Positions 17,124 to 24,778 of a DNA stretch of 30,929 nucleotides are shown piece by piece. The notes below the pieces were generated by a model. The model was not told where the DNA came from. It saw only the letters and a list, made by a program, of their open reading frames with translations, and made no database searches. The position numbers and the translations under genes are program-made. This stretch comes from an uncultured Halieaceae bacterium (GTDB taxonomy: Bacteria; Pseudomonadota; Gammaproteobacteria; Pseudomonadales; Halieaceae): the NCBI GenBank assembly GCA_938045215.1, contig CALINF010000331.1:1-30929 (forward strand), given 5' to 3'. The stretch's first letter is position 1; every line of letters begins with the position of its first letter.

Positions 17124-18664
17124 TTGAGTATCTCGTGGGCTGCGTTGAAGCCGGGGCCGCCCATCAAGCCGCCACCCGGGTGGCTACCCGCGCCACAGAG
17201 ATACAGACCCGGAATCGGGGTGCCGTATTGGGCCGCCTCATAGGTAGGACGCATCATCAGCAGCTGATCAACGGCAAACTCGGTATGGTGCCAATGGCCA
17301 CCGGTCACATGGTGAAGCGACTCCAGGTCATGGGGCGTCAGGAGTTCCGCGTGCAGGACAAGCTCCCTCAGACCCGGCGCATGGCGCTCCAGGGTTGTGA
17401 GCAACCGTTCCAGCAAGGCCGAGCGGGCCGCGTCTGTCCAGCCGCCTTTCGGTGAAGCGGGGACATACATTACATTTGCTGACAGCACATGCTGACCGGC
17501 GGGCGCCATCGACGCATCCTGTAATGAGGGAATCACCAACTCCATTACCGGGTTCTCCGACGCAGCACCGTATTTGGCATCGTCGAACGCAAACTCCAGC
17601 GCGTCCGGCTCTGAGGCGATGATCATGCGTCCGTCCGGACGATCCACGCCGACGAACGAAGGGACATCGCCAAGTGCAAGATGGAGCTTGGCCACATAGC
17701 CCTCACAGCGCAGTCGCTGGATACGATTGGCGAACTCTATTTCCAGATACCTTGCCCCAACCAGTTGCAAGAATGTGCGCTGTGGATCGGCGCAGGAGAC
17801 AATTCTGGTGGCCGTGATCTTCTCGCCGTCGGCCAGCTCTACTCCGGTTGCCTGCTGGCCATCCTCGCTCTGCGAGATGCATATCTTTGTGACCGGGGCA
17901 TTAAGGCGCACCTGCGCGCCCGCAGCAGTGGCTGCGTTGAGCAGTGCATTGATGAGCCCCTCTATGCCCGTGCCGGGAATAGCATGCCCACCGTTATGAT
18001 CTCCCAACATTCGATACAACAGCGCAAAGACCGCGCTGTTGGGTGAGCGCGGCGCCAGCTTTGACCCCACAAGTCCATCCCAGCTCAGAGCGGCCTGGAG
18101 GTGTTTGTTGTCGAAGTATTCATCCATAAGATCGCGCATCGGCAATGTGGCGACCCGAAGGAACTCGAGCATGTCTTCCTTGCCCAGCCTTCGCAGGCGC
18201 AATCCCAACTGCCCGAACGTCAACATCTCTCCCGGGCTGTTGTTGCCAATGCGCGGCATTGTCTTCATCCAAAAGGGTTCAAGCGCGCGCGCGAACTTTT
18301 GCATCGCTGCGCGGTACCTTAGATAGCTGCTCTTATCATCATCCGAGACCCCGGTTACGCCGTCTACACCTATGACGACGTGCTCACCATCCAGGTTCAG
18401 CCCTATCGTGGGCAGCGGCGCGATAGCGGGTTGATAGCCATGCGATTGGAGCTGCAGATCTTCTACAACCCTGGGAGAAAAGTGGCTGATAGTGTGAGCA
18501 ACAGATGCCTTGAAACCCGGATGAAACTCACGGGCAGATGCAAGGCCACCAGGCGCAGCCGAAGCTTCCAGAACCAGCACGCGTTGACCCTGTTTGGCCA
18601 GGTAGGCCGCACAGATCAGTCCGTTGTGACCTGCGCCGATTACGATTGTGTCGTAGCTATTCAC
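17120..18664 (-). CDS. COG1233 FAD oxidoreductase, copy D (divergent partner of copy C)
   Basis: GAGHNGL, PGGLASAREFHPG, TGGHWHH and LYLCGAGSHPGGG. GTG start. Its stop overlaps the start of copy C by 4 nt (ATGA). Confidence 0.88.
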   Translation of the reverse strand: MNSYDTIVIGAGHNGLICAAYLAKQGQRVLVLEASAAPGGLASAREFHPGFKASVAHTISHFSPRVVEDLQLQSHGYQPAIAPLPTIGLNLDGEHVVIGVDGVTGVSDDDKSSYLRYRAAMQKFARALEPFWMKTMPRIGNNSPGEMLTFGQLGLRLRRLGKEDMLEFLRVATLPMRDLMDEYFDNKHLQAALSWDGLVGSKLAPRSPNSAVFALLYRMLGDHNGGHAIPGTGIEGLINALLNAATAAGAQVRLNAPVTKICISQSEDGQQATGVELADGEKITATRIVSCADPQRTFLQLVGARYLEIEFANRIQRLRCEGYVAKLHLALGDVPSFVGVDRPDGRMIIASEPDALEFAFDDAKYGAASENPVMELVIPSLQDASMAPAGQHVLSANVMYVPASPKGGWTDAARSALLERLLTTLERHAPGLRELVLHAELLTPHDLESLHHVTGGHWHHTEFAVDQLLMMRPTYEAAQYGTPIPGLYLCGAGSHPGGGLMGGPGFNAAHEILK

Positions 18665-18755
18665 AGATTCGCCTGCCCGAGTCTATTGCAACTATGGAGG
18701 TTACCGGCGGGTACCGTGCGTCACTACCGCGCCTATACGCCGGGAGATTGGTGTT

Positions 18756-20798
18756 TCAGCAGACCGCTTGAACATCTACCGTACAATCGTAATAGCACGC
18801 GCCACCCGCCATATCGGCTTTGTGCCCCGGTATCAACGCATTGATCGTCTGACCCGTAGCACTCTCTACAAGCCAGGCGCCCTTGGGAACAAATACGGTG
18901 CCGGTACGGACACTGTCGGATATCGCAAGCGGCATCCTGACTTCGCCCTGATCATTGAAGAGACTCACTTCTTCACCATGAGACAACGCGAGGCTCGCCG
19001 CGTCCACGGGGTGCATCTCGCACACAATATCGCTCTTGTGATCCGCAAGCCCCCCGAACGTCGAGTTGATACGTCGCTCCGATGCCGGACTCACGAGAAC
19101 GAATTGTCGTGCTGCCTCAAGCTCGCGATAACGGGGCAGACCGAGCCCAGCCTCCGCCTCCAGGGCCTCACTGTATAGCTCAATTTTGCCACTGGGCGTC
19201 GCGGGCGATACTCCACGTAGCAAGCCCGGAGTAGTTATCGCTGACATATCTATTGCGCTATCAAGAGGGAGCCTACTAGGTTGCCGTCCATCAAGACCAG
19301 GGGTGGCTGCATTTACGGCTTGATCCATCAACTGTTCATCTGTATCGGTGAAGCACTCGTCCTTGAATCCGAAGCGGGTAGCGAGGCGGCGGAATATCTC
19401 CATATTGGGCAGCGCGTTCCCAAGCGGATCCAGCACGGGGGCGCTGCGCTGCAAATAGTGATGACCATAGGCCTTGTAGAGATCGCCGTATTCCAGGTGT
19501 GTGGCCGCTGGCAGGATTACGTCGGCGCAGGCCATTGAATCGGTCATGCTCACATCACAACCCACCACGAATACATCTTCGTCGAGCAAAGCCGCCCGCA
19601 TATCATCCTGGCGCGGATGTACCGCGATCGGATTGTGATTGTAGATAAACACCCCTTTGAGTGGCACTTCGCTGCCGGGGTCAAGGATATGCCGGGGCAG
19701 GTCCAGCACATTAAACTGACGCACATCAGCCGGGGCCAGGTCGGGGCGCTCAAGCGCATCATGGTCAATCGGAAAGTAGCCGGAGACATCACAGACGCCT
19801 GCCCCTTGCATGCCAAAGTTTCCTGTCAGCGCGGGCAGCGCAAACAGCGCACGCAGGCCAGAGCCCCCGTTGCGATTGCGCTCGGGGGCCACGCCTACGG
19901 AAATTGCCGCAGGCGACAGTTCCTGCCACCATTTGGCGAACTGCTCTATGTCTTCCACTGCCAGGCCGCAGATAGCGGCTGCCCGCTGTGGAGAATAGTT
20001 CGCTGCCTCAGCGAGAAACTGCTCTGCCCCGCTGACATGGCTCTCGATAAAGGCCTCGTCCAGTCCGCCGCGCCTGTTAAGGAGAGCTGCCACCGCATAG
20101 GCCAACACTACATCAGTGCCTGGCATGACCGGCAAATGGAGATCGGCCTCCTGAGCGATGCGTGTACGCTTCGGATCTACTACCACCAGCTTTGCGCCCT
20201 GTTTCTGAGCGTCACGCAATAGCGTCGTTAGATGCAAATTGCAGGCAGTGATGTTGTTACCCCATACGACAATCAAGCGAGAGTGTTGCAGCTCTGTGAA
20301 GGAAATACCGCCTACGTCGCCAAACACACTGTCCCACGCGGCGCTGGAGACACCCGCGCACAGAGGCGAAGAGTCGACCGCGCTCGCACCCAGGCGATGA
20401 AAAAAACGCTTGTCCATGGAACCGCCAGCGAGCAACCCCATGGGGCCACCATAGCTTAGGGGCGCTATCGCCTCGGCACCGTACTCCTCAATGATTGCCG
20501 CAAAGCGCTGATGCACAACGTCCAACGCCTCTTCCCATGACACGCGTCGGTATGCTCCGCCGCCTTTGGGGCCGCTGCGCAACAGTGGCTGGGTCAGGCG
20601 CTGCTCGCCGTGTACTTGCAGCGGTAAACCTTGTGCCACCTTCGCGCAGATTTTCCCTCGAGTGAACGGGTTTGCCTGACTTCCGCGAACTTTCTGTACC
20701 TTGCCATCAGCCACTTCAATCGACAGACTGCAGGTATCGGCACAATCTAAAGGGCAAATACTGGGGTGGCTTGTAAGGGGTGATTCAACCGATGCCAT
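18756..20798 (-). CDS. Mo/W-bisPGD molybdopterin oxidoreductase with N-terminal 4Fe-4S cluster (uncharacterised MopB subfamily)
   Basis: CPLDCADTC...GKICAK iron-sulfur motif, LVVVDPKRT, PGTDVVLA, ADVILPAATHLE, SGKIELYS and a C-terminal molydopterin-binding domain (EMHPVDA...NDQGEV). No Tat signal. AGGAG SD. Confidence 0.88.
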   Translation of the reverse strand: MASVESPLTSHPSICPLDCADTCSLSIEVADGKVQKVRGSQANPFTRGKICAKVAQGLPLQVHGEQRLTQPLLRSGPKGGGAYRRVSWEEALDVVHQRFAAIIEEYGAEAIAPLSYGGPMGLLAGGSMDKRFFHRLGASAVDSSPLCAGVSSAAWDSVFGDVGGISFTELQHSRLIVVWGNNITACNLHLTTLLRDAQKQGAKLVVVDPKRTRIAQEADLHLPVMPGTDVVLAYAVAALLNRRGGLDEAFIESHVSGAEQFLAEAANYSPQRAAAICGLAVEDIEQFAKWWQELSPAAISVGVAPERNRNGGSGLRALFALPALTGNFGMQGAGVCDVSGYFPIDHDALERPDLAPADVRQFNVLDLPRHILDPGSEVPLKGVFIYNHNPIAVHPRQDDMRAALLDEDVFVVGCDVSMTDSMACADVILPAATHLEYGDLYKAYGHHYLQRSAPVLDPLGNALPNMEIFRRLATRFGFKDECFTDTDEQLMDQAVNAATPGLDGRQPSRLPLDSAIDMSAITTPGLLRGVSPATPSGKIELYSEALEAEAGLGLPRYRELEAARQFVLVSPASERRINSTFGGLADHKSDIVCEMHPVDAASLALSHGEEVSLFNDQGEVRMPLAISDSVRTGTVFVPKGAWLVESATGQTINALIPGHKADMAGGACYYDCTVDVQAVC

Positions 20799-20834
20799 TG
20801 CTAACTGACTCCTGTATTTAACACCAAGGCCGAT

Positions 20835-21773
20835 TCAGTCGGTGCCGATACGACTGGCACGCATATACAGAAACTGCAGCGCCAATGTAGCGGCTGCCAG
20901 CGAGGTAATATCGGCGTGATCGTAAGCTGGAGACACCTCCACCACGTCAAAGCCCACGATATTCAAATCGGCTATACCCTGTAGTATACGCAATGCTTTT
21001 GACGTGCTCAGCCCACCAACGACCGGCGTACCTGTACCCGGCGCGTAGGCCGGGTCCAGACCGTCTATGTCAAAGGTCAGGTAAGTGGGCGTGTCGCCCA
21101 CCCGATTGCGTATGCGCGCTACTATTTGCTCAACAGACAACTCATTGGCGGCGTGCCCATCAATAACCTCAAACGGATGATCCGGCTTATCGTAGTCGGT
21201 GCGAATGCCTACTTGAATGGTCTTGTCGGCGTCTATCAGGCCCTCACGTGGCGCGTGGTAGAACATGCAGCCGTGATTGTATTTTTGCTCCTCCTCGTAG
21301 GAGTCGGTATGGGCATCGAAGTGAATCATCGCCATGGTGCCATGGCTAGCCGCATGGCCACGCAGCAGGGGCAAGGTTACGAAGTGGTCGCCTCCGAAAG
21401 TGATCAGGGTCTTGCCCGCACCGGTGATCATGGCGGCGTGTTCCTCTACTTGAACCAGCATGTCTTCGCTGTCGCCCCAGAGAAAATCGATGTCGCCGTA
21501 GTCAATCGCTTGCAACCTGTCGGGTAGGGCAAAGTCCCAGGGCCAGCGATTCTCTTCCCAACGCAGGTTCGCACTGGCCTGGCGTATGCCATTGGGTCCA
21601 AAACGGGCGCCGGAGCGACCGCTGGTACCCAGATCATAGGGAACACCCATTACTGCCGCGCCGATATCGTCATCTGACAGATCGCGACTAATTGGCAGTC
21701 CCATAAAACTGAAAATATTCGCGTACATGCCCCGGTCACTCAGCGGCGATGCGCCCTTTGCTTGTTGGCTCAT
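20835..21773 (-). CDS. speB: Agmatinase (ureohydrolase family)
   Basis: GVPYDLGTSGRSGARFGPNGIR, GGDHFVT, HFDAHTD, TFDIDGLDPAYAPGTGTP and DVVEVSPAYD. Confidence 0.9.
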   Translation of the reverse strand: MSQQAKGASPLSDRGMYANIFSFMGLPISRDLSDDDIGAAVMGVPYDLGTSGRSGARFGPNGIRQASANLRWEENRWPWDFALPDRLQAIDYGDIDFLWGDSEDMLVQVEEHAAMITGAGKTLITFGGDHFVTLPLLRGHAASHGTMAMIHFDAHTDSYEEEQKYNHGCMFYHAPREGLIDADKTIQVGIRTDYDKPDHPFEVIDGHAANELSVEQIVARIRNRVGDTPTYLTFDIDGLDPAYAPGTGTPVVGGLSTSKALRILQGIADLNIVGFDVVEVSPAYDHADITSLAAATLALQFLYMRASRIGTD

Positions 21774-21827
21774 CAATCCGTCCTCAACATAATCCTGCTA
21801 TTAAAAAGCTGCCACTGAAGTTTGCTA

Positions 21828-23177
21828 CTACAGGCAGGCATCATACTCCAGCGGCGTCACCTGCCGGTCATATTCATCCATTTCCTGTTGCTTTAACAGC
21901 GTAAACACCCGCTGGAAATCACTGCCGAAATTGTCCCGGATAAATGCCGAGTCGGCGAAGCTGGTGAGCGCGTCCGGCCAGTAGCGCGGCAAGCTGGCCG
22001 GTACCTGGTCATAGGCATTTCCCGCCAGTGGCTCAGGTGCAGATAACTGGTTCTCGATGCCATGCAGCATGCCGGCCAGGAGCGCAGCAATCACCAGATG
22101 AGGATGAGCGTCTGCTCCCGGCACACGATGCTCCAGCCGTGTTGCAACAGGTGCATCAGCAGGCACCCGCACTGCAACGGTGCGATTCTCATATCCCCAG
22201 GTGGGCGCCATCGGCGCATGCGTGCCACGCTGAAAGCGTCGATAGGAGTTCAGATTGGGGGCAAACAGCAGCATGCTGTCCCGCATACCATACAGGCAAC
22301 CGGCAATCGCCTGACGCAGTAGATCAGTACCCTTGCCTGTACCATCATCGAAAGCGTTGTTGCCCTCACTATTGAGGACACTGCAGTGCAGGTGCATACC
22401 GTTGCCCGCCAACTCCCCGAAGGGCTTTGCCATGAAGCTGGCGATCAGGCCGTGGCGCTTGGCAACACCCTTGATCGCCCGCTGCAGCATCAGCGCCTGA
22501 TCTGCCGCCACCAGCGCGTCGGCATTGTGGTAGAGGTTGATCTCATACTGGGAAGGTGCGCCCTCCTTGATCAGCGTATCAATAGGCAGGTTCTGTGCCA
22601 CACAGGCATCGCGTATCTCATGCATCAGAGCAGACATATCACTCATGGTATCGATGCAGTAGGTTTGGCCGGTCGCCAGAGCACCGCCTACCCGATCCGT
22701 CTGGGTATGCACCGGGCGCCCCAACGTATCGTGCTCGTCTTTCAGCAAATAGAATTCCATCTCGCTGGCAACCACAGGTGTGAGCCCCAGTGCTGCAAAG
22801 CGATCCATGAGCCCCTGCAACAGAATGCGCGGGTCGAGCGAGCAAGGCTCGCCGCTGACCTCGTGCAGGGAGATCATCACCTGCCCCGTTGGCCGCTGTG
22901 CCCACGGCACGGTTGCCAGGGTGCGGATATCAGCCTGACACAGACCATCGCCGTCACCGGAATCAAACACCCAGGCTTCGACATCGCGTCCCCAGACATC
23001 GAACGCGAGCGAGCTAATGGGTAACTTAAGCCCGCCGGCGATCACCTTTTCAATTTTGTCCCGCGTCACCCATTTACCACGCAGGCCGCCCGCGATGTCC
23101 GGCAGGATGATTTCAAATATCTCGATAGCGGGATTGTCCTCGAGAAAGCGCTGCAAGCGCTCACTGGCATCGGACAT
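21828..23177 (-). CDS. puuA: Glutamine synthetase-like gamma-glutamyl-polyamine synthetase (PuuA/PauA/SpuI-like), copy 2
   Basis: PDIAGGLRGK, ASEMEFY, EGAPSQYEIN, GNGMHLH, NSYRRF, THAP...TWGYENR and RLEHRVPGADA. AAGGA SD before ATG 23177. Confidence 0.87.
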   Translation of the reverse strand: MSDASERLQRFLEDNPAIEIFEIILPDIAGGLRGKWVTRDKIEKVIAGGLKLPISSLAFDVWGRDVEAWVFDSGDGDGLCQADIRTLATVPWAQRPTGQVMISLHEVSGEPCSLDPRILLQGLMDRFAALGLTPVVASEMEFYLLKDEHDTLGRPVHTQTDRVGGALATGQTYCIDTMSDMSALMHEIRDACVAQNLPIDTLIKEGAPSQYEINLYHNADALVAADQALMLQRAIKGVAKRHGLIASFMAKPFGELAGNGMHLHCSVLNSEGNNAFDDGTGKGTDLLRQAIAGCLYGMRDSMLLFAPNLNSYRRFQRGTHAPMAPTWGYENRTVAVRVPADAPVATRLEHRVPGADAHPHLVIAALLAGMLHGIENQLSAPEPLAGNAYDQVPASLPRYWPDALTSFADSAFIRDNFGSDFQRVFTLLKQQEMDEYDRQVTPLEYDACL

Positions 23178-23219
23178 AGTGAATTCCTTAGCTGTTGTTA
23201 TGGTCTGGGTGCCCAAAAC

Positions 23220-23308
23220 ACCACTTTAGGGGTAATTCGTACCCTCGGGGTCTGTGCCACACTATTAAACATTGCAACATAACACCCAACCATACCACTT
23301 CGGGGTAG
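23220..23308. promoter_or_regulatory. Three related ACC(A)C-TT(C/T)-GGGGT elements in the puuA2/spuC divergent region
   Basis: ACCACTTTAGGGGTA (23220-23234), TACCCTCGGGGT (23240-23251) and TACCACTTCGGGGTA (23293-23307). Confidence 0.35.
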
Positions 23309-23362
23309 TACATCCGGAGTGTAGCCGCTCAGCGCGGCTTTCACACATCAGAGGTACATGGC

Positions 23363-24733
23363 ATGAACAGTAAAGTTGACACCGCCACGCTGCGCCAACT
23401 GGATCAGTCTCACCACCTGCATCCGTTCACGGACTTCAAAGACTACGCAAACCACGGCGGTCGCATCGTGAACAAGGCGGAGCACATCTACATCTACGAC
23501 AGTGAAGGCCACAAGATGCTGGACGGCATGTCGGGCCTTTGGTGTTGCAACCTTGGCTACAGCCAGAAGAGTATTATTGAAGCTGTGTACCAGCAGATGC
23601 AGGAATTGCCCTATTACAATAATTTCTTCAACTGCTCCAACCAGCCCGCAGTGGAGCTGGCCAAGGCACTGGTTGATGTGACGCCCGCACAATTCAATCA
23701 CGTATTCTTCACCAACTCTGGCTCAGAGGCCAACGATACGAATATCCGTTTGGTTCACCGCTACTACGACCTGCTGGGCAAACCGGACAAAAAACAAATT
23801 ATCAGCCGCAAGAATGCCTATCACGGCAGCACCATTGCCGCCGCCTCGCTCGGCGGTATGAGCGCGATGCACAATCAGGCGCGAGGTCTGGATTATGTTC
23901 ACCATATCAATCAGCCGCACTGGTTTGAGGCAGGTGGTGATATGGACCCCAACGAATTTGGCCTGAAAGTTGCCCGCGAACTGGAAGCCATGATTGACCA
24001 CCTGGGCGAAGGCAACGTGGCTGCGTTCATCGCCGAGCCAGTGCAAGGCGCAGGCGGCGTGATCATTCCGCCCGACACTTACTGGCCTGAGATACAACGC
24101 ATCTGTGATGAGCGCGATATATTGTTGATTCTCGACGAGGTGATTTGCGGCTTTGGTCGCACCGGGCGCTGGTTCGGCTGCGAAACCTATGATCTCAAGC
24201 CCGACCTGATGACATTCGCCAAAGCAATCACCAACGGCTATATGCCGCTGGGTGGCGTGATGGTGAGCGATAAGATTACCGATGTACTGATGTCAGGTGG
24301 TGGCGAATTCGCCCACGGACTCACCTACTCAGGCCACCCCGCCTCCTGCGCGGCAGGGTTGGAAACGCTGCGCATTCTGCGCGAAGGTAATATCATCGAA
24401 ACCGCAGCGACAACCATTGGACCTCATCTGCAAACGCGCCTGCGTGAACTTGAAGATCATCCAATCGTAGGTCAGGTGCGCGGCAAAGGCATGTTTGCCG
24501 CAGTGGAGCTTGTGCGCGACAAAACCACGCGCGAGCGTCTCGAGCCAGAATCGGGTGGCGCCGTTTATTGTCGCAACCGGGCAAACAGCAACGGCCTGAT
24601 GGTGCGCCAGACAGGTGATGCCATGATTATGGCACCACCGTTGGTGTGTGATATGAGCGAAATCGACACTCTCGTCGACAAGCTGGGCGCCGCGCTGGAT
24701 GAAACCGCCGCGCACTACAGCATAAGCAAATGA
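23363..24733 (+). CDS. spuC: Class III PLP aminotransferase, putrescine:pyruvate aminotransferase-like
   Basis: HHLHPFTD, LDGMSGLWCCNLGY, FTNSGSEAND, AYHGST, FIAEPVQGAGGVIIPP, DEVICGFGRTG, the PLP Lys in TFAKAIT, and HGLTYSGHP. Confidence 0.88.
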   Translation: MNSKVDTATLRQLDQSHHLHPFTDFKDYANHGGRIVNKAEHIYIYDSEGHKMLDGMSGLWCCNLGYSQKSIIEAVYQQMQELPYYNNFFNCSNQPAVELAKALVDVTPAQFNHVFFTNSGSEANDTNIRLVHRYYDLLGKPDKKQIISRKNAYHGSTIAAASLGGMSAMHNQARGLDYVHHINQPHWFEAGGDMDPNEFGLKVARELEAMIDHLGEGNVAAFIAEPVQGAGGVIIPPDTYWPEIQRICDERDILLILDEVICGFGRTGRWFGCETYDLKPDLMTFAKAITNGYMPLGGVMVSDKITDVLMSGGGEFAHGLTYSGHPASCAAGLETLRILREGNIIETAATTIGPHLQTRLRELEDHPIVGQVRGKGMFAAVELVRDKTTRERLEPESGGAVYCRNRANSNGLMVRQTGDAMIMAPPLVCDMSEIDTLVDKLGAALDETAAHYSISK

Positions 24734-24735
24734 CT

Positions 24736-24763
24736 AAAAGCCCGGCCCAGTGCCGGGCTTTTT
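24736..24763 (+). terminator. Rho-independent terminator-like hairpin, potentially bidirectional
   Basis: AAAAGCCCGGC-CCAGT-GCCGGGCTTTT-T: GC-rich stem with a 5-T tail on the plus strand and a 4-A run on the other side. Confidence 0.75.
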
Positions 24764-24778
24764 CATGGATAGCAGCGT

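Noticed and set aside
5667-18664. Carotenoid biosynthesis cluster (phytoene desaturases)
   Set aside because: There is no phytoene synthase, GGPP synthase or cyclase, and the context is amine catabolism.
19617-20222. 201-aa plus-strand ORF
   Set aside because: Antisense shadow of the molybdoenzyme gene with no recognisable motif.
22386-23024. 212-aa plus-strand ORF
   Set aside because: Antisense shadow of puuA copy 2.
11079-23177. True glutamine synthetases (glnA)
   Set aside because: Both lack the YEAP Glu flap and sit among puu/spu genes.
23255-23275. Sigma-54-like TGCCAC...TTGCA
   Set aside because: The -24 box is mismatched and the spacing is 11 nt rather than 5.
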